Assembly: GCA_041484865.1 (NCBI GenBank)
Contig: JBGPIJ010000001.1
Coordinates: forward strand, 1-43,990
DNA length: 43,990 bases
Direction of reading: 5' to 3'
From: Gemmatimonadota bacterium
GTDB taxonomy: Bacteria; Gemmatimonadota; Gemmatimonadetes; Gemmatimonadales; GWC2-71-9
Below the pieces are notes generated by a model. The model was not told the origin of the DNA, made no database searches, and saw only the letters and a list, made by a program, of their open reading frames with translations. Shown here piece by piece: positions 27,149 to 36,409 of this stretch (its first letter is position 1; each line of letters starts with the position of its first letter). The position numbers and the translations under genes were made by a program.

Positions 27149-27174
27149 CAGGCAAGTGTTTTCCCCAGATGGAG

Positions 27175-30100
27175 TTAGAACGTCGGCCCGATGCTGAGCG
27201 TCCAGTACGGGTGGTTATAGCTACGGTTCAGCGGCTTGGTGTAGTCGAGCCGCAGGATGACGAGCCCGAACATGTTGGCGCGAATCGACCCACCCCAGCT
27301 ACGCAGCATCGATCGGCAGTTCGTCGCCTGCCCGCAGCGACTCGCGTCCCACTCGAGCCGAGAGCCGTTCTGCCACGCCACGCCCGCGTCGTAGAAGATC
27401 GCGCCCTCGATCGGCGGGAAGCCGATCGGCAGGAAGCCGAGCGTCAGGGTGCGCGTTAGCGGGAAGCGGAACTCCACGTTGGCGACCGCGATGCGGGATC
27501 CGATGAGCTGGTCGAGCGCGTGGCACCCGGTAGTGCCGCTTCCGATGGCGCCGCCCAGCGCGCCGAAGTTGGTGACCTGGGCGACGCACTCGTGATTGAT
27601 CAACGAGTTGGCCGTGTAGCCCCGCACGATGTCGGGGTTACCCAAGAAGACCGGGAACTCCCCGGCGTCGCGGCCGACCCGGCCGAAGAAGAGGCCGCGA
27701 AAGGCGAGGGTGAACGGGCGCACGAAGAAGTATCGCCGCAGGTCGGCGAGTCCGCCGGTGAACCTCCATCCGCCGACCGCGGGAGCGATTTGCAGCCGAT
27801 AGCGGGAGCCTGAGAACGGTCCCACGAACGCGAACAACGCGTTGTCGTGCACGAGCGCGAACGTCGGCGCGACATACGCGACCGATGGCGCGTCCGTCGT
27901 TGCCAGGTTGTTCACGCCGAGGAACGAGCCGTTCGGGTCGTAAACGGCGGACTGCTGGAGCGTGGCGTCGGCGATGCTCACGAAGTGCAGCGACACCTCG
28001 GCGCGGTCGAATCGGCTGAACGGATAGAACCCGGTCGTGAACACGTCGCGCACCACGAGCCGGCGCACGCGCGTCGTGAGCACGATGGCTTGATTGTTGG
28101 TCGAGCCCGGGCTCGAGACCACCCCGAGCGTGCTCGGCACGTAGAAATAGAACGGGTCCTGCGAGAACCCGGCCGCCCAGTTCATCCGGTGGCTCTGATT
28201 GATATAGACGCCGGACACCTGCGCCTCGCTTATCCGCCCGTTGAGGGAGCCGCCGATCTGGACTGTGCGATCGCCGAGCATGTCGGAGAGCGAGATCGCC
28301 GTCCCGCCGAAGATGCCGCGGCCGAAGTTGTCCCGCTGGTATCCGACCGTCGGCCGGGCCACGAAGTCGGTCGTGAAGCGTGTGTGGTACTGATGGATCG
28401 TGAACTCGGCGGTGTCCGGGAGCGCGAGGTTCGCCGAATCGAGCAGCGTGCGCACCGAGAGCGCGGTCGGGGCGGCGGAATCCGCGGCCGGCGGATTCGC
28501 GGCGGAGGAGCGAAGCCCGGTGGGCGAGCGGTAGATCGACGTCTCCTGGTGGGGCTGCTCGGCCGCGACGGCGGCCGCCGCGGCGGCCCCGGTCGAGTCG
28601 CGCGCCTGGCGACCCATGGCGGCGAGCGGGGTGGCCGGCGCCGTGTCGCGGGGTGCGACCGCGAGCAACGACATCGTCGGCGACTTGGCGGGCTCGTGAT
28701 ACGGCTGCCGCCGCAGCGACCGCGGGTTGTCCAGGGCGTACACGTTGAATTCGCCGTTCTCGTAGAAGGCGAACGCGAGGCGGTCGGCTTTATGGGCCCA
28801 CGACAGACAGGGCGACAGGGGCGTGATGCCGGAGACCCCGGTGTACACGTCGCTCAGTTGGTAGAGGTTGCGGTCCGTAAAGTCGTACATGAACAGGTTG
28901 CTGATCCCGGTGCGATCCGACACGAACACCAGGGACTTGCCATCGGGCGCCCACACCGGGTTGATGTTCTTCCCGTGGTCCATGTGCTCCAGCAGCTCGA
29001 TCGTCCCGGAGTCGATGTGGTACAGGGCCACCCGCATGTTGCCGAACCGTAGCGTGGCGAAGTCCGTGGCGGCGCCGCGATCGGTCGTGAACGCGATCGT
29101 CTTGCCGTCCGGCGACCAGGTCGGGCTGAGGTCGGCGTAGCGGTCGTTCGTGAGCCGCCGCAGGTCGGTGCCGTCGCTGTTCACGATGAAGAGGTCGGAG
29201 ATTCCGCCGTCGTACCCGGTGAAGACGATCTGCTTCCCGTCCGGTGACCATGAGGGACTCGTTGCGCCGTTCAGCGTGATGGGGATGCGCCGCTCCTCCC
29301 GGCGCCGCTTGACGTCGATGATGACGAGATCGTCCCGCTCCTTGTGCTTCACGGCGATCGCGAAGAACCGCCCGTCCGGCGAGAACGAGCCGGCGGAATT
29401 GATGAAGCGCAGGCTCTCGTAGTTCGTATTGATGGTCGACTTGACGAGGCGCTGCTTGACCCGCCCCGATTCCGCGTCGGCCAGGTAGAGGTCCACGAAG
29501 AACGAGTTGCCCTCGCTCAGGAACGCGATGTCGCGCCCGTCGGGCGAGAGGGCGGGCGCGAGGTGGAACGTGCCCCCGGAGCGTTGCTGGGTAAGAACCG
29601 GCTTGGCGATGCGGCGGGCGCGGTAGTGGTCGGCCAGCTGCGGCAGGAACGTCGTCTGCACCGCGTCCCGCCAATCCTCCGATAGCTCCTCGAGCGAGCG
29701 ACCCAGGGCCCGTTTGAACGCGCCCTCGATGCCCGAGGTGACCGACGCTTGCAGGATTTCGCCGATGACCTCGTCACCCCACCGCTCGCCGACGTAGGCC
29801 CACAAGGCGTGGCCGAAGTGATAGGGGAACACGCGCGGGTCGAAGGTGAGCTGCTCGATGGTCGGCAGGTTGCCTTCGAGCGCCGCATCCCGCAGCCACA
29901 TAGCCGTCAGCGCGTCGATGGGCCCGAGGGAGAGGTATTCCGCCATTCCCTCCATGAACCACAACGGGGGCGCGACGTTGCTCAGCGTTTGGAGCCCGCC
30001 TCCGATCTGGCCGCGGCTGTAGACGTCGAACTGGAACTGGTGCACCATCTCGTGCTGGAGCACGTGCTCCAGCTCGGCGTAGGAGCCGGTGAAGGGGAGC

Positions 30101-30465
30101 ACCATGCGGTGCTTGAACGGCTCGGTGACGCCCCCCGTCGCTTCGCTCAGATCGCCCTGGATGGCGTTCGTCTGCTGGAAGTCGGTCGCCGACGCGTACA
30201 GGATGATCGGCTTCCGCGCCTGGAACTGGTGATGCAGGATGCGGGACAGCCGCGCGTAGCCGCGCTCCGCCATCCGGGCCGCGTCCAGCGCCGCCGCCCG
30301 CTCGCGCTCGTAGAAGTAGACCTCGAAGTGCTCGGTCCGGATGATTTCGAAGTTGAACGTCCGGTACTGGACCTTGTTCTGTCCGAAGTACTGGGCGAAT
30401 GCCGGTCGCAGGGCGCACAGCAGGAGCACCCCGGCCAGTACACTCAAGCGTCGCATGGCTATCAT
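27175..30465 (-). CDS. Giant outer-membrane protein: N-terminal HExxH metallopeptidase-like domain, TolB-type PD40 beta-propeller repeats, C-terminal Omp85/surface-antigen (D15) beta-barrel
   Basis: Signal peptide MRRLSVLAGVLLLCALRPAFAQ. HEMVH at nt 30040-30054. Repeated PD40-like units (SPDGR.IAF, SPDGKQIVFT, SPDGKTIAFT, APDGKSLVFVSDR). The C-terminus (VANVEFRFPL...FYDAGVAW...RLDYTKPL...WTLSIGPTF) ends in Phe, as in Omp85 barrels. Start ATG at 30465 (ATGA overlap with rsfS) or at 30456. Confidence 0.75.
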   Translation of the reverse strand: MIAMRRLSVLAGVLLLCALRPAFAQYFGQNKVQYRTFNFEIIRTEHFEVYFYERERAAALDAARMAERGYARLSRILHHQFQARKPIILYASATDFQQTNAIQGDLSEATGGVTEPFKHRMVLPFTGSYAELEHVLQHEMVHQFQFDVYSRGQIGGGLQTLSNVAPPLWFMEGMAEYLSLGPIDALTAMWLRDAALEGNLPTIEQLTFDPRVFPYHFGHALWAYVGERWGDEVIGEILQASVTSGIEGAFKRALGRSLEELSEDWRDAVQTTFLPQLADHYRARRIAKPVLTQQRSGGTFHLAPALSPDGRDIAFLSEGNSFFVDLYLADAESGRVKQRLVKSTINTNYESLRFINSAGSFSPDGRFFAIAVKHKERDDLVIIDVKRRREERRIPITLNGATSPSWSPDGKQIVFTGYDGGISDLFIVNSDGTDLRRLTNDRYADLSPTWSPDGKTIAFTTDRGAATDFATLRFGNMRVALYHIDSGTIELLEHMDHGKNINPVWAPDGKSLVFVSDRTGISNLFMYDFTDRNLYQLSDVYTGVSGITPLSPCLSWAHKADRLAFAFYENGEFNVYALDNPRSLRRQPYHEPAKSPTMSLLAVAPRDTAPATPLAAMGRQARDSTGAAAAAAVAAEQPHQETSIYRSPTGLRSSAANPPAADSAAPTALSVRTLLDSANLALPDTAEFTIHQYHTRFTTDFVARPTVGYQRDNFGRGIFGGTAISLSDMLGDRTVQIGGSLNGRISEAQVSGVYINQSHRMNWAAGFSQDPFYFYVPSTLGVVSSPGSTNNQAIVLTTRVRRLVVRDVFTTGFYPFSRFDRAEVSLHFVSIADATLQQSAVYDPNGSFLGVNNLATTDAPSVAYVAPTFALVHDNALFAFVGPFSGSRYRLQIAPAVGGWRFTGGLADLRRYFFVRPFTLAFRGLFFGRVGRDAGEFPVFLGNPDIVRGYTANSLINHECVAQVTNFGALGGAIGSGTTGCHALDQLIGSRIAVANVEFRFPLTRTLTLGFLPIGFPPIEGAIFYDAGVAWQNGSRLEWDASRCGQATNCRSMLRSWGGSIRANMFGLVILRLDYTKPLNRSYNHPYWTLSIGPTF

Positions 30466-30866
30466 CCTTTCGGACCGCTCTTGGAGGCGGTCAGCACCGG
30501 CGGGGCATCGCCCCACAACCGCTCGAGCTGGTAGAACTCGCGCAGCTCGGGATGGAAGACGTGCACGACAAAATCTACATAATCGAGTAGCACCCAGCGT
30601 CCTTGCGGGAGCCCTTCGACGTGATGCGGCCGGACGCCGGTGGGGCCGAGCGTGGTCATCAAGTGGTCGGCCATGCCCCGCACATGCGCGTCGGACGTGC
30701 CGGAGACGATGACGAAGTAATCAGTGGCTGCAGTCAGACCTCGGAGATCGAGCACCACCGGATCGACCGCCTTACGGTCAGCAAGCGCCTCCAGCACGAG
30801 TCGTAGCGACTCCGGAGGGCGCGCCCGTCTGGCACGGGGAGTCCGGCCTTTTCCCGTGCTATTCAT
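30462..30866 (-). CDS. rsfS: Ribosome silencing factor RsfS (iojap family)
   Basis: LEALADRKAVDPVVLDLRGLTAATDYFVIVSGTSDAHVRGMADHL...WVLLDYVDFVVHVFHPELREFYQLERLW. Confidence 0.9.
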   Translation of the reverse strand: MNSTGKGRTPRARRARPPESLRLVLEALADRKAVDPVVLDLRGLTAATDYFVIVSGTSDAHVRGMADHLMTTLGPTGVRPHHVEGLPQGRWVLLDYVDFVVHVFHPELREFYQLERLWGDAPPVLTASKSGPKG

Positions 30867-30911
30867 AGCCGAGCGGTCGTCGCTTTGTTCCGTCTGCGTG
30901 AGGGGAAACCG

Positions 30912-31355
30912 CTATTCCTTGACCACGGTCACGATGATCTCGGGCCGGACGTCGGGATGGATCTTGATCCCCACCGTGAACTCGCCCAGGTCGCGGATAG
31001 GCTCCGCCAGGTCGATCTTGCGCTTGTCGACGTGCAGCCCTTGCTCCTCGAGCCGGCGCTGGATGTCGCTCGCCGTCACCGATCCATACAGCTTGTTCTC
31101 CTCGCCGACCTTGACCGTGAACGTGAGCCGGACGCCGGCGAGGTGGCCGGCTTCCCCTTCGGCCGCTGTCCGCTCGGCGACGCGCTGCCGCGCGAGCCGT
31201 TCCGACTCGAACGTGATGCGCTTCTTGTTCGCCTCGGTCGCCGCGTACGCGAGGCCCTTCGGGAGCAGGTAGTTGCGAGCGTAGCCGTCCTTCACCTTGA
31301 CCACCTCGCCCGCCTTGCCCACATGCTGCACGTCTTCCCGCAGGATGATTTCCAT
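30912..31355 (-). CDS. rplI: 50S ribosomal protein L9
   Basis: MEIILREDVQHVGKAGEVVKVKDGYARNYLLPKGLA. The ATG at 31355 was chosen inside the longer track ORF. Confidence 0.9.
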   Translation of the reverse strand: MEIILREDVQHVGKAGEVVKVKDGYARNYLLPKGLAYAATEANKKRITFESERLARQRVAERTAAEGEAGHLAGVRLTFTVKVGEENKLYGSVTASDIQRRLEEQGLHVDKRKIDLAEPIRDLGEFTVGIKIHPDVRPEIIVTVVKE

Positions 31356-31360
31356 GAGGA

Positions 31361-31579
31361 TCAGCCGTAGCGCTTGATGTAGGGGAGCAGCGCGAGCTGG
31401 CGCGCGCGCTTGATCGCGGTCGCGAGCTGGCGCTGATGCCGTGCGCACATCCCGGAGAGCCGGCTCGGCAGGATCTTGCCGCGTTCGGTGAGAAAGCGGC
31501 CCAAGGTGCGGTCGTCCTTGTAATCCAGGACGCGCGCCCCGGACTCGCACACCGGACAAGTCTTCGAGGGCCGTCTCAT
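31361..31579 (-). CDS. rpsR: 30S ribosomal protein S18
   Basis: [53 protein letters not shown] overlap with the rpsF stop. Confidence 0.92.
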   Translation of the reverse strand: MRRPSKTCPVCESGARVLDYKDDRTLGRFLTERGKILPSRLSGMCARHQRQLATAIKRARQLALLPYIKRYG

Positions 31580-31938
31580 ACCTCTTCCTCCTCAATCTCT
31601 TCCTCGTCCGTCACGATGGCGGGCGCGGGCACAGGCTTCACGGGCTCGCCCTCGTTCACGACGGTGAGATAGCGCAGCACGCTTTCGTCCAGTTTGACCG
31701 CGCGCTCGTACTCGGGGAGGAGATCGCCGGTGGCCTCGAACTGCGCCACCACGTAGTAGCCGTTGTCCCGCTTCTTGATCGGGTACGCCAGGGTGCGCTT
31801 TCCCCAGTGGGCGATGTTCGTCAGCGTCCCCTTGCCCTCCTTCGTGACGAGGGCGTGGAACCGCTCGAGCTTTTCGTTGATGGCAGGTTCTTCAAGACTG
31901 CCGTCGAAGATATAAACCGTCTCGTAACGACGGGTCAT
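31576..31938 (-). CDS. rpsF: 30S ribosomal protein S6
   Basis: [15 protein letters not shown]...[15 protein letters not shown]...[10 protein letters not shown], with an acidic C-terminal tail and a strong SD (GGGAGGTGG) upstream. Confidence 0.92.
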   Translation of the reverse strand: MTRRYETVYIFDGSLEEPAINEKLERFHALVTKEGKGTLTNIAHWGKRTLAYPIKKRDNGYYVVAQFEATGDLLPEYERAVKLDESVLRYLTVVNEGEPVKPVPAPAIVTDEEEIEEEEV

Positions 31939-32059
31939 GCCACCTCCCTTTGGTCGTAGGCGACCCGGCGCAGGTGGTGCGCCGAGTAGGGGATTCTGTG
32001 GGGCGAAAGATAGGCGGCAACCTCAGGGCGGGGAAGGGTCCGAGCGGCTGCGTTTCGCC

Positions 32060-33163
32060 TTAGACGTTGAATCGGAACAGCAGAATGTCTCCGTCCTGCA
32101 CGACATAGTCCCGCCCTTCCGACCGCACCAGGCCCCGCTCGCGCGCCGTCTTGTAGGAGCCCACGTTCACGAATTCGTCGTACCCCACCGTCTCGGCGCG
32201 GATGAAGCCGCGCTGGAAGTCGGAGTGGATCTCGCCCGCCGCATCGAACGCCGTCCCGCCCCGGTGCATGGTCCACGCGCGCACTTCGGTTTCGCCGACC
32301 GTGAAGAACGTCTGTAGGCCGAGGAGCCCGTACCCGGCGTGGATCAGGCGATCGAGCCCGGGCTCGGTGGCTCCGGCCGCGGCGAGATATTCCTTGCGCT
32401 CCTCGCCCGACAGGTCGGCGAGCTCGGCCTCGAACTTGGCGGAGAAGGCGACGATCCCCGCCTCCTCGTGGTGCGTTTGGACCGCCGCCTGGAGCTGAGC
32501 GAGCCACCGTCCCCCGCCCGACGCCAGGTCGTCTTCGTTGACGTTCGCGGCGTAGAGAATCGGCTTCGCCGTGAGCAGCCCCAGGAGCCGGAGCAGGCGG
32601 ATCGCGTCGTCGCCCTCCCCCGCCTCGCGCGCGCCGCGCCCGGCGTTGAGCTCGCTGACGACCCGCTCGAGCACGATGAGCTCCGCCTGCGCCTCCTTGT
32701 CGCCCGCCCGGGCGGTTTTTCGCGTCTTCTCGAGACGCCGCTCCACCACGGCCAGATCGGCAAGCGCGAGCTCGCTCGTAATGACGTCATGATCGCGCAC
32801 GGGATCCACGGGGCCCATCACGTGCACCACGTCGGGATCGTCGAAACAACGGATGACGTGGACGATCGCGTCCACTTCGCGGATGTGCGCGAGGAATTGA
32901 TTGCCCAGACCCTCGCCCTGGGACGCGCCGCGCACTAGACCGGCGATGTCCACGAATTCCACGACCGCGGGCACCCGCCGCTTGGGATGCACGATCTCCA
33001 CCAGGCGGTCGAGACGCGGGTCGGGCACCTCGACCACGCCGACGTTGGGTTCGACCGTGCAGAACGGGTAATTCTCGGCGGCCGCGGCCTTCGAGGATGT
33101 GAGCGCGTTGAACAGCGTGGATTTGCCGACGTTCGGCAGGCCGACGATCCCGAGCCGCAGCAT
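32060..33163 (-). CDS. ychF: Redox-regulated ATPase YchF (Obg-family GTPase-like)
   Basis: [22 protein letters not shown]...[12 protein letters not shown]...[10 protein letters not shown], with a C-terminal TGS-like end ...[10 protein letters not shown]. Confidence 0.92.
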   Translation of the reverse strand: MLRLGIVGLPNVGKSTLFNALTSSKAAAAENYPFCTVEPNVGVVEVPDPRLDRLVEIVHPKRRVPAVVEFVDIAGLVRGASQGEGLGNQFLAHIREVDAIVHVIRCFDDPDVVHVMGPVDPVRDHDVITSELALADLAVVERRLEKTRKTARAGDKEAQAELIVLERVVSELNAGRGAREAGEGDDAIRLLRLLGLLTAKPILYAANVNEDDLASGGGRWLAQLQAAVQTHHEEAGIVAFSAKFEAELADLSGEERKEYLAAAGATEPGLDRLIHAGYGLLGLQTFFTVGETEVRAWTMHRGGTAFDAAGEIHSDFQRGFIRAETVGYDEFVNVGSYKTARERGLVRSEGRDYVVQDGDILLFRFNV

Positions 33164-33164
33164 G

Positions 33165-33707
33165 TCAGCGCACGCCTTCGCGCAACCACCGACCGACGGT
33201 TTCGACCATCTGCGGGATCGCGGCTTCGACCAGCTCGACCTGGTCGGGAGAGAAGGGCGCGAGGACGTACTCCGCCCAGTCGGTCACGCCTTCGGGGAGC
33301 GGGCCGACCCCGATGCGTAACCGCGCGTACTGCTGCGTTTGCAGCGCGGCCTCGACGCTCTTCAGGCCATTGTGCCCGCCCGCGGTGCCCTCGGCGCGCA
33401 GCCGGAACGTGCCGCAGGGGATGCGGAATTCATCGACCAGGATGAGGAGATCTCTTGCTGGATCGAAGGCGGGATCAGCGCGCAGCGACGCGAGCGCCGC
33501 GCCGCTGTGGTTCATGTAGGTCGAGGGCTTGAGGACCCGGACGGGAACGGTGTCCACGACGCCCTCGGTGCCCCGGGCCCGCTCGGCCCGCCGGAACGGC
33601 GGAAGGGCCCATGCCGCCACCAACGCATCGGCCAGCCAGAAGCCCGCATTGTGCCGCGTCGCCGCGTACTCGGGACCCGGGTTCCCGAGGCCGACCACGG
33701 CGCGCAA
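33165..33707 (-). CDS. pth: Peptidyl-tRNA hydrolase
   Basis: VVGLGNPGPEYAATRHNAGFW...MNHSG...LILVDEF..P.G..RL...G..GGHNGLKS. TTG start read from the reverse complement. Confidence 0.9.
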   Translation of the reverse strand: MRAVVGLGNPGPEYAATRHNAGFWLADALVAAWALPPFRRAERARGTEGVVDTVPVRVLKPSTYMNHSGAALASLRADPAFDPARDLLILVDEFRIPCGTFRLRAEGTAGGHNGLKSVEAALQTQQYARLRIGVGPLPEGVTDWAEYVLAPFSPDQVELVEAAIPQMVETVGRWLREGVR

Positions 33708-33710
33708 GCG

Positions 33711-34460
33711 TCAGCTCTCTTTGCCGCCCTTGGGCTTCTCGGCCTTGTCGGCCTTTTCGGATTTTCCCTTGGCTTCGGGCTTCCCTTCGGCCTTTGCTTC
33801 GGCACCCGCCTCGCCCTCGCCCTCCTCTTCGCGGACCTTGCGGATCAGCTCCGGCTCAGCGGTTTCCGCCACCGCCTCAGGTGTCGGCGCCGCCACCTCT
33901 TCCGCTCGGGGCGCCAGGACCGTGGCGATCGTCAGGTCGCTGTGCGTCAGGATCGTCGCGTTCGGGATCACGAGGTCCCGCACGTGCAGCGAGTCGCCGA
34001 TTCTCAGCGCCGTGACGTCGAGCTCCACGCGGTCGGGGATGTTCTCCGGCAGCACCTCGATCTCGACTTCGCGGTTCACCTGATCGAGCACGCCGCCGGC
34101 GTTGCGCACGCCGTCCGGGGCGCCGATGAGGCGCACCGGCACTTTGAGCGTCACCTTCTCCTCCGCGTGGATCTCGTAGAAGTCCACGTGGATGATGTCG
34201 GGGCGGGTCGGGTGCCGCTGGATTTCGCGGATCAGCGCCTTGGTCTGCCGGCCGTCCACCGCGAGCTCGATGATGGTGCTCTCGGGGACGATCCCGGTGA
34301 GCGCCTTTTCAAGCGCCTTCGCCTCGACCGCGAGCGACTGGGTCTCACGCCCGTGGCCGTAGATCACGGCGGGGACCTGACCGCGGAACCGGGCCTGGCG
34401 GGCAGCGCCCTTGCCGTTGGTGGTGCGCAGACTTGCGGAGAGCGAAACGACGAGTGCCAT
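33711..34460 (-). CDS. rplY: 50S ribosomal protein L25/general stress protein Ctc, with a Lys/Glu/Ala-rich C-terminal tail
   Basis: RTTNGKGAARQARFRGQVPAVIYGHG...IREIQRHPTRPDIIHVDFYEI, with a low-complexity tail ...EAKAEGKPEAKGKSEKADKAEKPKGGKES. Confidence 0.88.
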   Translation of the reverse strand: MALVVSLSASLRTTNGKGAARQARFRGQVPAVIYGHGRETQSLAVEAKALEKALTGIVPESTIIELAVDGRQTKALIREIQRHPTRPDIIHVDFYEIHAEEKVTLKVPVRLIGAPDGVRNAGGVLDQVNREVEIEVLPENIPDRVELDVTALRIGDSLHVRDLVIPNATILTHSDLTIATVLAPRAEEVAAPTPEAVAETAEPELIRKVREEEGEGEAGAEAKAEGKPEAKGKSEKADKAEKPKGGKES

Positions 34461-34487
34461 AATCCTTACCTCAGCTGTCGTCAGCGA

Positions 34488-35450
34488 TCAATCGAACAGC
34501 GCGCTGACCGATTGGTTCGAGTGTTCGAAGCCGATGGCCTTGCCGATCAGCCCCGCGATCGACAGCACCTTGAGCTTCGGAAACCGCCGCTCCTCGGGGA
34601 TGCGGATCGTATTCGTCACCGCGACCTCACCGATGCCCGAGGACTGGAGGCGCTCGACCGCGGGCCCCGAGAGCAGGGCATGCGACGCGAAGGCGAAGAT
34701 GCGGCGCGCGCCGAGCTGCGAGAGTGCCGCGGCTGCCTCCGCGATCGTGCCTCCGGTATCGATCATGTCGTCGGGGATCAGGCAGTCCTTGTCGGCCACT
34801 TCCCCCACGACGTTGACGACTTCGGCGACGTTGGCGGTGGGCTGCCGCTTGTCGATGATCGCGAGCGACGCGTTCAGCCGCTTCGCGAAACCCCGCGCCA
34901 TCTTCGCCGATCCCACGTCCGGCGCCACCACCACCGGGTCGTACAATTGCTTCTGGCGGTAGTGGTTCACGAAGACCGGCGCCGCGTACAGGTGGTCCAC
35001 CGGGATGTCGAAGAACCCCTGCAACTGATGGGAGTGGAAGTCCAATCCCAGCACGCGATCCGCCCCCGCGTGCGTGATCAGGTTCGCGATCAGCTTCGCG
35101 CTGATGGCGACGCGCGGCTGGTCTTTCCGGTCCTGGCGCGCGTACCCGAAGTAGGGCAAGACCGCCGTGATCCGGGCGGCGCTCGCCCGGCGCGCCGCAT
35201 CGATCAGGAGCAATAGCTCCATCAGATTCTCGGCCGGCGGGTTCGTCGGCTGGATGATGAAGACGTCCCGCCCCCGCACGTTCTCGTCGATCTTGACGAA
35301 GATCTCGCCGTCGGCGAAGCGGCGTATCGTCAACGCGCACAACGGCTGACCCAAATGCTCAGCAATCTCCTCGGCGAGCGGCCGATTGGCCGTCCCGGCG
35401 AGCAGCAACAGCTGACTCCGCGCGAGGGTCAGATCTGCCATGAGAGCCAT
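34488..35450 (-). CDS. prs: Ribose-phosphate pyrophosphokinase
   Basis: LLLLAGTANRPLAEEIAEHLG...FADGEIFVKIDENVRGRDVFIIQ...PYFGYARQDRK...DLHS.Q.QGFF..PVD...DDMIDTGGT. Start at 35450 (or the ATG at 35441). Confidence 0.92.
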   Translation of the reverse strand: MALMADLTLARSQLLLLAGTANRPLAEEIAEHLGQPLCALTIRRFADGEIFVKIDENVRGRDVFIIQPTNPPAENLMELLLLIDAARRASAARITAVLPYFGYARQDRKDQPRVAISAKLIANLITHAGADRVLGLDFHSHQLQGFFDIPVDHLYAAPVFVNHYRQKQLYDPVVVAPDVGSAKMARGFAKRLNASLAIIDKRQPTANVAEVVNVVGEVADKDCLIPDDMIDTGGTIAEAAAALSQLGARRIFAFASHALLSGPAVERLQSSGIGEVAVTNTIRIPEERRFPKLKVLSIAGLIGKAIGFEHSNQSVSALFD

Positions 35451-35497
35451 CGAAAGTAGCCGGGGGACGCCATGAAAGCCACGGGCGCCACGATCGG

Positions 35498-36409
35498 CTA
35501 CTTGGCCCGCGCCGCGGGATTGAAAGTGTCTTTGGTCGGGGTGAGCTGATCCACCTGCCAGGCGTCGAGCCGGTAGACGGTGTTCGCGCGCCGTACCCAG
35601 AAGCCCGCGGCCGTCGAGTCGAAGGCGAGCGCCAGCAGCTCCCGCTGCCCCGGCCCCCGGACCACGACGCTCCGCCTCGGGCGGGCGGAGCGGAGCGAGT
35701 CGGCCTGCCGCGGAGTAGCGAACCCCGCCGCGGTGACGCTGCGGAGGCTCCCCACGAGGCGCGCCGCGGCGGCCGAATCGACCGGGACGCCGCCGGCGAG
35801 CGTCCACTTCGTCCCCTGCTTCCGGAGGAGGAGGCGCGCCCCGGCGCGCTGGATCTCGATTTCGGTGATGCTGTCCGGCGGCAGCGCCGCGATCACGCGA
35901 TCCCGCCAATCGTCCGTCGCGCGGGCGACCAGCGTGGCGAGCCGGCCGTGCCACAGGTAGACGTGCGTGTCGCCCGGGAAGCGGACGTAGAACGCGTCGA
36001 ATTCGGGGCCGTGCCCCCCGACGATCAGCGTGGCGAGCGTCTTGCCCCGCCCGGCGAGCCGCACCACCCGGCCGGCGACGCTGTCCACGCCCATTCGGGC
36101 GAAGGAGGACGGGTTCTGCGCCGCAAGCTCGTGCGTCGTGCTGTCGTGCAGCGCGTCGAACAGCTCGTTCACTCCCGACGTCGCCGCCGCGAACCCGTTG
36201 ACGGTCCAGCCGGCGGCCTGCTTTGCGAGCATGATCGTGTCCGCGCCGTGCGCGATCGCGATCGTGTCCACGTCGGCCGCCGCGAGCGCCGGGAGACGGA
36301 GCGCCGGGGTGGCCCGCTCCGGCCGGCGCGATACCACCTCGCTCGCGCCCCATACCAGCACGAGCAGGGCGACACCGATCGCGATTGCCTTGAGTTGTGC
36401 GGTGCTCAT
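35498..36409 (-). CDS. DUF4340-like protein (accessory to the GldG-type ABC system)
   Basis: N-terminal TM (AIAIGVALLVLVWGA), then repeated beta-rich modules (...IAIAHGADTIMLAKQAAGWTVNG...). It sits directly downstream of a GldG-like gene with an ATGA overlap. The family call comes from context and my recollection. Confidence 0.5.
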   Translation of the reverse strand: MSTAQLKAIAIGVALLVLVWGASEVVSRRPERATPALRLPALAAADVDTIAIAHGADTIMLAKQAAGWTVNGFAAATSGVNELFDALHDSTTHELAAQNPSSFARMGVDSVAGRVVRLAGRGKTLATLIVGGHGPEFDAFYVRFPGDTHVYLWHGRLATLVARATDDWRDRVIAALPPDSITEIEIQRAGARLLLRKQGTKWTLAGGVPVDSAAAARLVGSLRSVTAAGFATPRQADSLRSARPRRSVVVRGPGQRELLALAFDSTAAGFWVRRANTVYRLDAWQVDQLTPTKDTFNPAARAK

